Source: Candidatus Sediminicultor quintus (lineage in GTDB: Bacteria; Atribacterota; Phoenicimicrobiia; Phoenicimicrobiales; Phoenicimicrobiaceae). From it: 44,292 nucleotides of DNA. Within the stretch, counting starts at the first letter, position 1. The number at the start of each line of letters is the position of its first letter. The DNA is taken from positions 13,787 through 58,078 of the forward strand of contig MEYH01000048.1 of NCBI GenBank assembly GCA_001773955.1, given 5' to 3'. Both the position numbers and the translations under genes were made by a program. Below the pieces are notes generated by a model. It had not been told where the DNA came from. It made no database searches and was given only the letters and a program-made list of their open reading frames with translations. Shown in pieces: positions 10,288-21,416 of the stretch.

Positions 10288-12418
10288 TTTAAATTCGAGA
10301 CAGCAAGAAGCAGTAGAAGTTAAAGAAGCTTCCATATTAGTTATTGCCGGAGCGGGTAGCGGAAAAACAAAAGTTCTGACCCACAGGATTGCCTATTTAA
10401 TTTTTCAAAAAAAAATAGATCCCGGAAATATACTGGCTGTTACTTTTACCAATAAAGCTGCTCAAGAGATGAAAAATAGGATTGAATTGTTAAGTAAAGT
10501 TAGTTCCAATAGAAATATGATGAAAGGCTTATGGATGGGCACTTTTCATTCTATCTGCGCACGGATTTTACGCCAGGAGATAGATATCCTGGGTTATGAT
10601 AAAAATTTTATTATATATGATAAAGGCGATCAGCTTAGTATGATAAGAAGGTGTCTGGAAACTCTCGATTTAGATAATAAAAAATACAGCCCCAATATTA
10701 TTTCTTCTATAATAGACAGAGCAAAAAATAATTTAGAAGATGTAGAATTGTTTGAATATAACGCTATAGGTTATTTTAAGAAAATTGTAGCAAGAGTTTA
10801 CCAACAATATCAAATAGATTTATTCGAAAATAACGCTTTGGATTTTGGAGATCTGATTTTACTAACCGTGAAACTATTTAGAGAAAGACCTGAAATTTTA
10901 GAGCATTATCAGAATAAATTTAGATTTATTTTAGTAGATGAATATCAAGATATAAACATAGCCCAATACCAGTTAGTAAAATTACTTTCGAATAGAGATC
11001 ATAATTTATTTGTAGTAGGTGATCCAGATCAGAGCATCTATAAATTCAGAGGAGCTGACTTAAGCAATATTTTAAGATTTGAACAGGATTTTCCTCACAG
11101 TAGAGTAATTAAATTGGAACAGAATTATCGGTCTACTAAAGTTATATTAGAAGGTGCAATAAATCTGATAAAACACAATAGAAATCGAAAAGAAAAAGAG
11201 CTTTGGACCGATAAAAAGGGTGGAGAGAAGATAAGGTGTTTTGAGGCAGTAAGTGCCCTGGACGAGGCGTTGTTTGTCAGTCAAGAGATTAAAAAATTAA
11301 ACAAAGAAGAAGACAAGGCTTTTAACAATTTTGCCATTTTATATCGGACTAATGCTCAATCGAGAGCATTTGAAGAGATATTTAGTAAAGAAGGGGTCCC
11401 TTTTAGAATAGTGGGCGGTTTAAGATTTTACGAGAGAAAGGAAGTAAAAGATATTCTGGCTTATCTGCGTTTTATTTATGATCAAAAAGACGGAGTGAGC
11501 TTTTTCAGGATCATTAATAATGCCAAATTAGGTATAGGCAAGATTACTTTAAGTAAAATAGAAGAATTAGCCAGAAAAAATAATTTAAATTTCCACCAGG
11601 CTTTAAAACAGGGATTAAGGGTAATAAAAATTTCTGCAGACAGGAAAGAAGCAATAAAAAAACATACTTCCCTGATTGATGAACTTAATGAAAAGAAAAA
11701 AGAAATCAAAGGGAGCGAACTACTCATAGAGTTAATAAAAAAAATCAACTATTATGAGGAACTAAAAAAAGAAGGGGAATTTAAAGCTCAAAGCAAAATC
11801 GAAAATATAAAGGAATTGATCCTGGCAGTACAAGAGTTTGAAGAGAAAAACGAAGATAAATCTATAACTGCCTTCTTGGAGTACGTTGCTTTAATTACAG
11901 ATATCGATCTTTACAAAGGAGAAGAGGATGTAGTTACAGTTATGACCCTGCATAGTGCCAAGGGTTTAGAATTTCCGGTAGTTTTTATTACCGGGTTTGA
12001 GGAAGGCATATTCCCTCATTCCCGTTCCCTGAACAGCGAGGAGGAATTAGAAGAAGAAAGAAGGTTGTGTTATGTGGGAATGACCAGGGCCAAAGAAAGG
12101 TTATATTTGACTTATGCCTGGAGAAGAAATTTGAATGGTAATACTTTATTCAACAGTGTTTCACGATTTATTTCTGAGATTCCAAAACATCTTAAAGAAG
12201 AAGCAGATATAGAAAAAGGAGAAGAAATTCCTTCAATAGATAATAGAAGAGAAAAAATAGAGGTAGCAGTGGGAGATAAGATAAGGCATGTGGATTGGGG
12301 AATAGGGGTTATATTAAATAAAATAGATACTAAAAATGATATTTTTATAACTGTGGATTTTGAAAGAGTGGGATCAAAAAAGTTATCGGTGAATTTCGCA
12401 CCTTTGGAGAAAGTATAA
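10271..12418 (+). CDS. pcrA: ATP-dependent DNA helicase PcrA/UvrD
   Basis: Walker A AGAGSGKTKVL, DEYQD, QNYRST, VMTLHSAKGLEF. Overlaps the upstream ORF by 17 nt. Confidence 0.93.
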   Translation: MTILDNLNSRQQEAVEVKEASILVIAGAGSGKTKVLTHRIAYLIFQKKIDPGNILAVTFTNKAAQEMKNRIELLSKVSSNRNMMKGLWMGTFHSICARILRQEIDILGYDKNFIIYDKGDQLSMIRRCLETLDLDNKKYSPNIISSIIDRAKNNLEDVELFEYNAIGYFKKIVARVYQQYQIDLFENNALDFGDLILLTVKLFRERPEILEHYQNKFRFILVDEYQDINIAQYQLVKLLSNRDHNLFVVGDPDQSIYKFRGADLSNILRFEQDFPHSRVIKLEQNYRSTKVILEGAINLIKHNRNRKEKELWTDKKGGEKIRCFEAVSALDEALFVSQEIKKLNKEEDKAFNNFAILYRTNAQSRAFEEIFSKEGVPFRIVGGLRFYERKEVKDILAYLRFIYDQKDGVSFFRIINNAKLGIGKITLSKIEELARKNNLNFHQALKQGLRVIKISADRKEAIKKHTSLIDELNEKKKEIKGSELLIELIKKINYYEELKKEGEFKAQSKIENIKELILAVQEFEEKNEDKSITAFLEYVALITDIDLYKGEEDVVTVMTLHSAKGLEFPVVFITGFEEGIFPHSRSLNSEEELEEERRLCYVGMTRAKERLYLTYAWRRNLNGNTLFNSVSRFISEIPKHLKEEADIEKGEEIPSIDNRREKIEVAVGDKIRHVDWGIGVILNKIDTKNDIFITVDFERVGSKKLSVNFAPLEKV

Positions 12419-12453
12419 TAGTCGTTAGTGAATAGTGAATAGTCGTTAGTGGT
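12419..12453 (+). repeat. TAGTCGT/TAGTGAA array directly after the pcrA stop
   Basis: TAGTCGT TAGTGAA TAGTGAA TAGTCGT TAGTGGT, starting the base after TAA 12416-12418. Confidence 0.95.
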
Positions 12454-12475
12454 AGGGGCACGATGCATCGTGCCC
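12452..12475 (+). repeat. REP-like hairpin, GTAG + perfect 20-bp palindrome
   Basis: GTAG then GGGCACGATG CATCGTGCCC (12456-12475). Confidence 0.85.
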
Positions 12476-12503
12476 ATGGAAAACGAGAGGTAATAAAACA
12501 GGG

Positions 12504-12528
12504 AGGGCACAATTCATTGTGCCCCTAC
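12504..12528 (-). repeat. REP-like hairpin, inverted orientation (ends CCCCTAC)
   Basis: GGGCACAAT TC ATTGTGCCC followed by CTAC. With 12452-12475 it forms an inverted REP pair between convergent genes. Confidence 0.85.
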
Positions 12529-12546
12529 ACCCGAATCCTAGTTTTT

Positions 12547-12574
12547 TACGCAATACTCGATACGCAATACTATT
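12547..12574 (+). repeat. heptamer array TACGCAA/TACTCGA overlapping the stop of the minus-strand PPIase gene
   Basis: TACGCAA TACTCGA TACGCAA TACTATT. The stop codon complement CTA is at 12570-12572. Confidence 0.8.
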
Positions 12575-13466
12575 TTAATGCTTCTTCATTAATTTCGATT
12601 ACTGTTTTACCCTTTAGTTCTGCTAAGAGATTGTCAAAAGCTTCCTTTTGCTTGGCAGGAAGTAAGGTTTGAATGATACCTTCTTTAACCTCTTCAAGGG
12701 TTTTAACGGTTTCTGGTTTTTTCTCAGTAATTTTTAAAATATGGAACCCGAAATCAGTTTTAACTATTTTGCTCAATTCTTCTATCTCTAAGGCAAAGAC
12801 TACCTCTTCAATTTCTGGAATTATTGTGCCTTTAGTCAAAAATCCTAAATCTCCGTCCTGGGCAGCACCGGGGCCAGTAGATTTTTCTTTGGCAATTTCG
12901 CTAAAATCTCCCCCTGCCTTCAATTGTTCCAGAATAGCTTGAGCCTCTTCCTCGGTCTCTAATAAAATATTATACAAGTGGACTTGCTCTTTTTCAGTAA
13001 AGCTTTCCTTACTTTGTTCATAGTATTCTAAAACTTCTTCGTCATTAACCTTTATCTTATCTAATATTTCTTTTTGTATTAAAGCCTGTACTAGTATTTG
13101 TTCGGTCATTTTTTCTATCTGTTCTAATATATCGTTATCTTTTTCTAACTCCATATTTTTTGCTTCTTGAATTAGAAGTTTTTCAGAAATCACCTGGTCA
13201 AGTACCATGCTTTTATCAAGTTGTAACTTATACTCTTCCGGTACCTGTTCCCATATTTGATTAAACTCACCCAGAGTAATAGTTTGATCACCAAAAGAAA
13301 CTAATATCGTCTCCGGAGGCAAAATAGTTTCAACGCCTTCTGGATTTGTTTCGGTAGCAGATGTACCTTCATCAGCTAAAGTAGAAGAGGGATTAAAAAT
13401 CAATAAAGCTAAAAGACATAAAGTTAAAATAGCTGCAGTTCTAAAAATGTTCATTGATTTATTCAT
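12570..13466 (-). CDS. secreted PpiC/parvulin-type peptidyl-prolyl isomerase (PrsA/SurA-like)
   Basis: Parvulin domain GDLGFLTKG...DFGFHILKITEKK and signal peptide MNKSMNIFRTAAILTLCLLALLIF. Start set at ATG 13466 (AAAGGAG SD 7 nt upstream) rather than the ORF-track 13508. Confidence 0.85.
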   Translation of the reverse strand: MNKSMNIFRTAAILTLCLLALLIFNPSSTLADEGTSATETNPEGVETILPPETILVSFGDQTITLGEFNQIWEQVPEEYKLQLDKSMVLDQVISEKLLIQEAKNMELEKDNDILEQIEKMTEQILVQALIQKEILDKIKVNDEEVLEYYEQSKESFTEKEQVHLYNILLETEEEAQAILEQLKAGGDFSEIAKEKSTGPGAAQDGDLGFLTKGTIIPEIEEVVFALEIEELSKIVKTDFGFHILKITEKKPETVKTLEEVKEGIIQTLLPAKQKEAFDNLLAELKGKTVIEINEEALK

Positions 13467-13637
13467 TAAAAGACTCCTTTCAAAATTTATATATATGAAT
13501 TGTAACATTTAAGTTAAAGTTTATCATTTTTTAAAATTAAAGTAAAGATAATTTTAAATCCTGTTATCATAAACTTTATTGGGGTGGTTGGATGAAAAAA
13601 GAATACTATTTTTTTTATCATTTCTTCTCTTACTTAA

Positions 13638-13723
13638 CTCGATACTGTTTTTACTCGATACCTTTAATCTTTCTTTTCTTTTTCTTTCTTAACCCGATAC
13701 TCGATACTGTTTTTACTCGATGC
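13638..13723 (+). repeat. 24-nt direct repeat pair CTCGATACTGTTTTTACTCGAT(A/G)C
   Basis: Copies at 13638-13661 and 13700-13723 (23 of 24 identical). They flank a pyrimidine tract that is the complement of the AGAAAGAAAA purine module. Confidence 0.8.
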
Positions 13724-13738
13724 TTTCTTTAGATGTAT

Positions 13739-13767
13739 TTGAAAAACCTTTTTTAAAATGATAAACT
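13739..13767 (+). promoter_or_regulatory. candidate promoter for the ABC exporter
   Basis: TTGAAA, 17 nt, TAAACT, with TGA immediately upstream of the -10. Confidence 0.4.
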
Positions 13768-13835
13768 TGATAAGTTAAATCATGAACGTATTAGAAAAAG
13801 ATCAAATAAATTGAAATAATAAAAAAGGAAAAATA

Positions 13836-15572
13836 ATGTTAAAAAAATTTATAGCTTATTATAAACCTTACTGGAAACTATTTACTTTGGATATAAGTTG
13901 TGCTTTTCTAATAGCTTTCATTGATTTGGCCTTTCCCTTGATTACCAGACAATTTATTAATGATATCATTCCCAATAATAGATTAAGAATGTTTTATATA
14001 TTTACTATAGCCCTGTTGATACTTGCTGTTGTTCGGGCTATTTTGAATTATATTATAGATTACTGGGGACATATAGTGGGGACCAGAATGGAACGAGATA
14101 TGAGAAGAAACCTTTTTGAGCACTTACAGACTTTATCCTTTAATTATTTTGATAATGTAAAAACCGGACATATCATGTCTCGAATAGTAAATGACCTTAG
14201 GGAAATATCCGAATTAGCTCATCATGGACCAGAAGACTTATTTTTATCCCTGGTAATGCTTATAGGTTCATTTATTATTCTTGCCACGATAGAATGGAGA
14301 CTTACTTTAATAATCTATAGTTTTTTGCCTTTATTACTCTGGTATATAACGCTAAAAAGTGGAAAAATGACCAGTGCCTTCAGATTAGTCAGAAAAAGAA
14401 TAGCCAACGTCAATGCACAATTGGAAAATAGTATATCAGGTATACGTGTTGCAAAATCATTTACCAACGAAGAGTACGAAATTGAAAAATTTAACCAGGG
14501 GAATAGAGAGTTTAATAGTTCGAGAGAATTTGCTTACAAGGCAATGGCAGAATTTTTTGCCGGAATATTTTTTCTGTCAAATATTTTAAATATTGTGGCA
14601 CTAAGCATCGGTGGATTTTTTGTTTATTGGGGGTATATAAATATCGGAGATTTGGTTGCCTATATTTTGTACATAAATTTCTTTCTTCAACCGATTAGAA
14701 AGCTCACCAACTTTACTCAGCAATTTCAAGATGGTATGACTGGTTTTGAACGATTTGTGGAGATTATGGAAGTAAAACCAGCTATAATAGATACAGAAGA
14801 TGCAGTTACTTTAAAAGAAATAAAGGGAAAGATTGAATTTAAAAACGTTGCCTTTAAATATGGTGATAAAAAATATGTTCTATCCGATATAAATCTTACC
14901 ATAATGCCGGGAGAGACGATGGCTTTGGTGGGTCCCTCTGGTGGTGGCAAAACGACTCTTTGCCAGTTGATTCCCAGATTTTATGAAGTAAACGATGGTG
15001 AAATATTAGTTGATGATATTAATATAAAAAAAGTAAAAATAAAATCATTAAGAGAAAATATTGGTATGGTTCAGCAGGATGTTTTTTTATTTACCGGGTC
15101 GATAAAGGAGAATATATTATATGGAAAACCTAACTCCGAGAATGAAGAAATAATCAAAGCGGCTAAAAATGCCAATATTCACGATTTTATTATGGATTTG
15201 CCTGAAGGATATGACAGCTATATTGGAGAAAAAGGAATTAAACTTTCAGGAGGTCAAAAACAGAGGATATCTCTCGCCAGAGCATTTTTAAAAGATCCTG
15301 CCATTCTTATACTTGACGAAGCTACATCGGCTTTAGATAGTGAAGCTGAAATTGTAATACAACAAGCCTTAAAAAAGTTAACTATCGGTAGAACGGTGTT
15401 AGTAATTGCCCACCGGCTGTCTACTATTAAAAACGCTAAACAGATAGTTGTTTTAACTGATCAGGGAATTAAAGAAAAAGGCAATCACGATGAGCTTATT
15501 GCCCGGGATGGATTATATAGCAAGCTTTACCATGCTCAATTCAGAGGTTTTATACCGGATGAAATAGAGTAA
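13836..15572 (+). CDS. ABC exporter, fused permease-ATPase (MsbA/multidrug type)
   Basis: N-terminal six-helix TMD. Walker A GPSGGGKTT, signature LSGGQKQR, Walker B ILILDEATS. Confidence 0.9.
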   Translation: MLKKFIAYYKPYWKLFTLDISCAFLIAFIDLAFPLITRQFINDIIPNNRLRMFYIFTIALLILAVVRAILNYIIDYWGHIVGTRMERDMRRNLFEHLQTLSFNYFDNVKTGHIMSRIVNDLREISELAHHGPEDLFLSLVMLIGSFIILATIEWRLTLIIYSFLPLLLWYITLKSGKMTSAFRLVRKRIANVNAQLENSISGIRVAKSFTNEEYEIEKFNQGNREFNSSREFAYKAMAEFFAGIFFLSNILNIVALSIGGFFVYWGYINIGDLVAYILYINFFLQPIRKLTNFTQQFQDGMTGFERFVEIMEVKPAIIDTEDAVTLKEIKGKIEFKNVAFKYGDKKYVLSDINLTIMPGETMALVGPSGGGKTTLCQLIPRFYEVNDGEILVDDINIKKVKIKSLRENIGMVQQDVFLFTGSIKENILYGKPNSENEEIIKAAKNANIHDFIMDLPEGYDSYIGEKGIKLSGGQKQRISLARAFLKDPAILILDEATSALDSEAEIVIQQALKKLTIGRTVLVIAHRLSTIKNAKQIVVLTDQGIKEKGNHDELIARDGLYSKLYHAQFRGFIPDEIE

Positions 15573-15669
15573 CATTTTTTTCTAAACCTTTTTCTCATTT
15601 CCCTTAATTTGTTTTATCTTATCTATCTTAATGCAATACGCAAGTCTCGATACAATAAGAATAACCTGG

Positions 15670-15698
15670 TTGTGTTATATCAATCTTTTGTATATACT
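15670..15698 (+). promoter_or_regulatory. candidate promoter for ligA
   Basis: TTGTGT, 17 nt, TATACT. Chance matches are common in AT-rich sequence. Confidence 0.3.
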
Positions 15699-15756
15699 TA
15701 ATTGTAATAAAATATTAAACCAGGCAGTCCTTATAGAGTAAATCTAAATAAACTGA

Positions 15757-17831
<2,075 letters not shown>

Positions 17832-17833
<2 letters not shown>

Positions 17834-17859
17834 AGGGGCGTATTGCAATACGCCCCTAC
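17832..17859. repeat. REP-like hairpin, perfect 28-bp palindrome
   Basis: GTAGGGGCGTATTG CAATACGCCCCTAC. Confidence 0.9.
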
Positions 17860-17864
17860 TTCCA

Positions 17865-17960
17865 GTCATTGCGAGGAGTGAAACAAGCCTGCCCCATGCG
17901 AAAGCAGGGGAAGCAATCTCAATTGAGATTGCCACGCTTCCTGCGGTCGCTCGCAATGAC
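17865..17960 (+). repeat. 96-bp palindromic element bounded by GTCATTGCGAG / CTCGCAATGAC
   Basis: Terminal 11-mers are exact inverted repeats. Central palindrome AGCAATCTCAATTGAGATTGC. Confidence 0.85.
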
Positions 17961-17967
17961 AAAAACC

Positions 17968-17995
17968 TATACGCTATGCGCTATGCGCTATAATA
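17968..17995 (+). repeat. heptamer array TATACGC/TATGCGC
   Basis: TATACGC TATGCGC TATGCGC TATAATA. Confidence 0.85.
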
Positions 17996-18026
17996 CGAGA
18001 TACTATTTCAACAAGGAGAAAATATT

Positions 18027-18320
18027 ATGACCGAAAAAATAATTACTAAAAAGGAAGTAGAATATGTCGCTAAATTAGCTAAATTAGAATTTAATGAAGA
18101 AGAAAAAGAGGAATTTACTTCTCAGTTAAATTCAATTTTAGATTATTTTAAAAAATTAAATGAACTTGATACTGAAAGAGTTGAACCTACTGCTTATGTT
18201 ATTTCCATGCCTAATTTACTGAATGAAGACAAGGTTAAACCTTCTTTGCCCCAGGATGAAGTCCTTTTCAATAGTAAATATGTTAAAAAAGGCTATTTCA
18301 AAGTACCTAAAATAATGTGA
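18027..18320 (+). CDS. gatC: Asp/Glu-tRNA amidotransferase subunit C
   Basis: Size, VEYVAKLAKLEF..EE motif, and position upstream of gatA/gatB. Confidence 0.9.
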   Translation: MTEKIITKKEVEYVAKLAKLEFNEEEKEEFTSQLNSILDYFKKLNELDTERVEPTAYVISMPNLLNEDKVKPSLPQDEVLFNSKYVKKGYFKVPKIM

Positions 18321-18331
18321 TTTAAAATAAA

Positions 18332-18355
18332 GGGCACAATTCATTGTGCCCCTAC
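18332..18355 (-). repeat. REP-like hairpin inside the gatCAB operon
   Basis: GGGCACAAT TC ATTGTGCCC CTAC, identical in stem to 12505-12528. Lies 12 nt after the gatC stop and 28 nt before the gatA start. Confidence 0.85.
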
Positions 18356-18382
18356 AGGAAGCAATAAAAGGAGGAAAGATAG

Positions 18383-19873
18383 TTGACCTTAAACCAATTA
18401 ACTGCTCACGAAGCTGTAAACTTAATTAAAAAAAAGAGAATAACTGCTTATGAAATCATGCAGGATATTTTTAATCAAATAGATAAAGTAGACAATCTAA
18501 TCAAAGCCTTTCTATTTATTAACCGAGAAGAGGCCTTAAAACAAGCCAAAGAAATAGACAAAAAAGTGAAAAACGGAGAAAAACTTCCTCCTCTGGCAGG
18601 TGTAGCGGTTGCTATAAAGGATATTATAGCTACTCGAGGAACGGAGACAACTTGTGGTTCTAAAATACTAAAAGGTTTTATCCCGCCCTATAATGCTATG
18701 GTAATAAATAAATTACGGGAAGCGGGAGCAATAATAATAGGAAAAACCAATATGGATGAATTTGCTATGGGTTCATCTACTGAAAATTCTGCTTTTGGCC
18801 CCACTTATAATCCCTGGGACCTGGAAAGGGTGCCCGGTGGTTCCAGCGGTGGTTCAGCTGCCGCAGTAGCAGCAGATGAGACCCTTGTTGCTTTGGGCAC
18901 AGATACGGGAGGCTCTATACGTCAGCCGGCATCTCTCTGTGGAATGGTGGGGTTAAAACCGACTTATGGCAGGATCTCCAGATACGGTTTGGTTGCCTAT
19001 GCCTCGTCTTTAGATCAAATAGGACCCATAGCAAAAGATGTGACCGATTGTGCTTTAGTAATGAAAGTTATAAGCGGACATGATAATATGGATTCTACTT
19101 CCGTAAATTTAGAAGTGCCTGATTATCTAAAATCTTGCCAGGAAGGAATAGAGGAATTAAAAGTGGGTGTCCCTAAGGAGTATTTCATTGAAGGAATAGA
19201 CCCGGAAGTAAAGGCTGCCCTGGAAAAAGCTTTGAAAATATTTGAAAAATTAGGAGCAAGGATTGAAGAAGCATCATTACCCCACACAGAATATTCTCTA
19301 CCCACTTATTACTTGATTGCTACTGCAGAAGCAAGCTCAAACTTAGCGCGATATGATGGTGTACAATATGGTTATAGAGCAGAAGAGTATGAAGATCTGT
19401 CCTCCATGTATCAGAAGACCAGAAGTGAAGGTTTTGGAAGTGAAGTAAAAAGAAGAATCATGTTAGGTACATATGCCTTGAGTTCAGGTTATTATGATGC
19501 TTATTATTTGAAAGCCCAGAAAGTTCGTACTTTGATAAAAGAAGATTTTGATAAAGTATTTAGTAAATACGATATCCTTATTACCCCTACTTCACCTACC
19601 CCTGCTTTTAAGCTGAATGAGAAGGTATCTGATCCTTTAACCATGTATCTATCTGATATTTATACCATCCCTATTAATTTGGCCGGTATACCTGCAATCT
19701 CTCTTAATTGCGGATATAGCAAAAGTAATCTGCCTATAGGTTTACAAATTATCGGTAAGCATTTTAGTGAAGAGACTATACTTCGAGCAGCTTTTAACTT
19801 TGAACAAAATAATGAAGTAGAAAAGAAGAAGCCATCGATAAAACCAGCAAAACATAAGGGGGTAAAAAAATGA
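18383..19873 (+). CDS. gatA: Asp/Glu-tRNA amidotransferase subunit A
   Basis: Amidase signature [15 protein letters not shown] start with AAAGGAGGA SD. Confidence 0.95.
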   Translation: MTLNQLTAHEAVNLIKKKRITAYEIMQDIFNQIDKVDNLIKAFLFINREEALKQAKEIDKKVKNGEKLPPLAGVAVAIKDIIATRGTETTCGSKILKGFIPPYNAMVINKLREAGAIIIGKTNMDEFAMGSSTENSAFGPTYNPWDLERVPGGSSGGSAAAVAADETLVALGTDTGGSIRQPASLCGMVGLKPTYGRISRYGLVAYASSLDQIGPIAKDVTDCALVMKVISGHDNMDSTSVNLEVPDYLKSCQEGIEELKVGVPKEYFIEGIDPEVKAALEKALKIFEKLGARIEEASLPHTEYSLPTYYLIATAEASSNLARYDGVQYGYRAEEYEDLSSMYQKTRSEGFGSEVKRRIMLGTYALSSGYYDAYYLKAQKVRTLIKEDFDKVFSKYDILITPTSPTPAFKLNEKVSDPLTMYLSDIYTIPINLAGIPAISLNCGYSKSNLPIGLQIIGKHFSEETILRAAFNFEQNNEVEKKKPSIKPAKHKGVKK

Positions 19874-21321
19874 GAGAAGAAGTAGTAATCGGTCTAGAAA
19901 TTCATATCCAATTAATGACTAAAGCAAAAATGTTCTGTCATTGCAGTACTGATTACATTGGAAAAGAACCCAATACCAATACCTGTCCGGTATGTTTGGG
20001 TTTACCCGGTTCACTTCCTGTACTTAATAAAAAAGTATTAGAATTTGCCATAAGAACAGCGGTGGCTTTAAATTGTGAAATTAATCAGGTAAGCAGATTT
20101 CATCGTAAAAATTATTTTTATCCCGATTTACCCAAAGCTTATCAGATTTCCCAATATGATAGTCCTTTGGGGGCAAGTGGATACATGGAAATTTCCCTAC
20201 CTGAAAACAAAGAAAAGCGCAGGATAAGGATTACCCGGGTTCACTTAGAGGAAGATGCCGGTAAACTGATTCACGAGGGGGATATTGCTTCCTCATCTTA
20301 CTCTCTGGTAGATTATAACCGTTGCGGAATTCCTCTGGCAGAGATTGTAACCGAACCTGATTTTCGTTCTCCCGAAGAAGCTCGAATATTCTTGGTAAAA
20401 TTAAGAAGTATAGTCCAGCATTTAGGAGTATGTGATGGAAATATGGAAGAAGGATCGATGCGCTGCGATGCCAATGTTTCACTTAGAGATGCGAAATCCA
20501 GTACTTTAGGCACCAAGGCAGAAATAAAGAATATGAATTCGTTTAAGGCAGTCAAAAAAGCCTTGCAATTTGAGGTGGACCGCCAAAAGAAGCTCTTGGC
20601 TGAGGGGATAGAGATAATTCAGGAAACCAGGCACTGGGATGAATCAAAAAGTGTTACTATCTTAATGCGAAGCAAAGAAGAAGCCCATGATTATCGTTAT
20701 TTTCCCGAACCGGATCTCCTGCCTCTTAAAGTAGATTTAAAAATGGTTGAGGAGATCAGGAGAAGTCTTCCTGAACTACCTGAAGCAAGAAGAGAGCGGT
20801 TCATCAAAAATTATCAGATTCCCGAATATGATGCCGAGATATTAACTTCAAGCAAAGCATTGGGTGATTTTTACGAAAAGGCTGCTTCCTTATATTCCCA
20901 TAGTAAAGTTTTAAGTAATTGGATTATGGGAGAATTAATGCGTTATTTAAATGAAAACAAAGTAGAGATAGAAGATTCTCCTATTTCTCCAGAAAAATTA
21001 GTTGGGATGTTGAAATTAATTGATGAGGGAATAGTTAGCGGTAAGATGGCTAAAGGCATCTTTGAAAAGATGTTTAAGACCGGGAAGGATGCCTCTAAAA
21101 TCGTGAAAGAAAGCGGAATTACTCAGATTACCGATAAAAATGAATTATTTGCAGTAATAGATATAGTGATTAAGGAAAACCCCAGGTCGGTAGAAGATTT
21201 TAGTGAAGGAAAAGAAAAAGCTTTACACTATTTAGTAGGCCAGGTTATGCATTATACTAAAGGAAGGGCAAAACCCGGCTTTGTCTTTGAAGCTTTAAAA
21301 CAGAGGATAAAAAAAATATAA
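19870..21321 (+). CDS. gatB: Asp/Glu-tRNA amidotransferase subunit B
   Basis: [17 protein letters not shown]-terminal YqeY-like tail. ATGA overlap with gatA. Confidence 0.95.
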   Translation: MREEVVIGLEIHIQLMTKAKMFCHCSTDYIGKEPNTNTCPVCLGLPGSLPVLNKKVLEFAIRTAVALNCEINQVSRFHRKNYFYPDLPKAYQISQYDSPLGASGYMEISLPENKEKRRIRITRVHLEEDAGKLIHEGDIASSSYSLVDYNRCGIPLAEIVTEPDFRSPEEARIFLVKLRSIVQHLGVCDGNMEEGSMRCDANVSLRDAKSSTLGTKAEIKNMNSFKAVKKALQFEVDRQKKLLAEGIEIIQETRHWDESKSVTILMRSKEEAHDYRYFPEPDLLPLKVDLKMVEEIRRSLPELPEARRERFIKNYQIPEYDAEILTSSKALGDFYEKAASLYSHSKVLSNWIMGELMRYLNENKVEIEDSPISPEKLVGMLKLIDEGIVSGKMAKGIFEKMFKTGKDASKIVKESGITQITDKNELFAVIDIVIKENPRSVEDFSEGKEKALHYLVGQVMHYTKGRAKPGFVFEALKQRIKKI

Positions 21322-21329
21322 AACAGGAA

Positions 21330-21386
21330 GGGCACAATTCCTGTCTGCGTGCAGGCACGCACAACAGGCAGGTATTGTGCCCCTAC
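21330..21386 (-). repeat. composite: REP hairpin whose loop carries a 33-nt GC-rich palindrome
   Basis: GGGCACAAT TC [CTGTCTGCGTGCAGGCACGCACAACAGGCAGGT, 21341-21373] ATTGTGCCC CTAC. Uninterrupted versions at 12505 and 18332. Confidence 0.8.
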
Positions 21387-21416
21387 AAAATTATAAGATG
21401 GGAATTTAGCATTTTA

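Noticed and set aside
12112-12672. ORFs 12112-12510 (-) and 12463-12672 (+)
   Set aside because: The first is antisense to the pcrA 3' end and runs through the heptamer and REP region. The second spans REP hairpins and the antisense of the PPIase gene end. Neither has SD or domain support.
13592-13732. 46-codon ORF (MKKEYYFFYHFF...) preceded by GGGGTGG
   Set aside because: It runs through the direct repeats and the CT-rich tract. The hydrophobic, aromatic-rich sequence is what T-rich repeats translate to. Conservation is untested, so it is not called.
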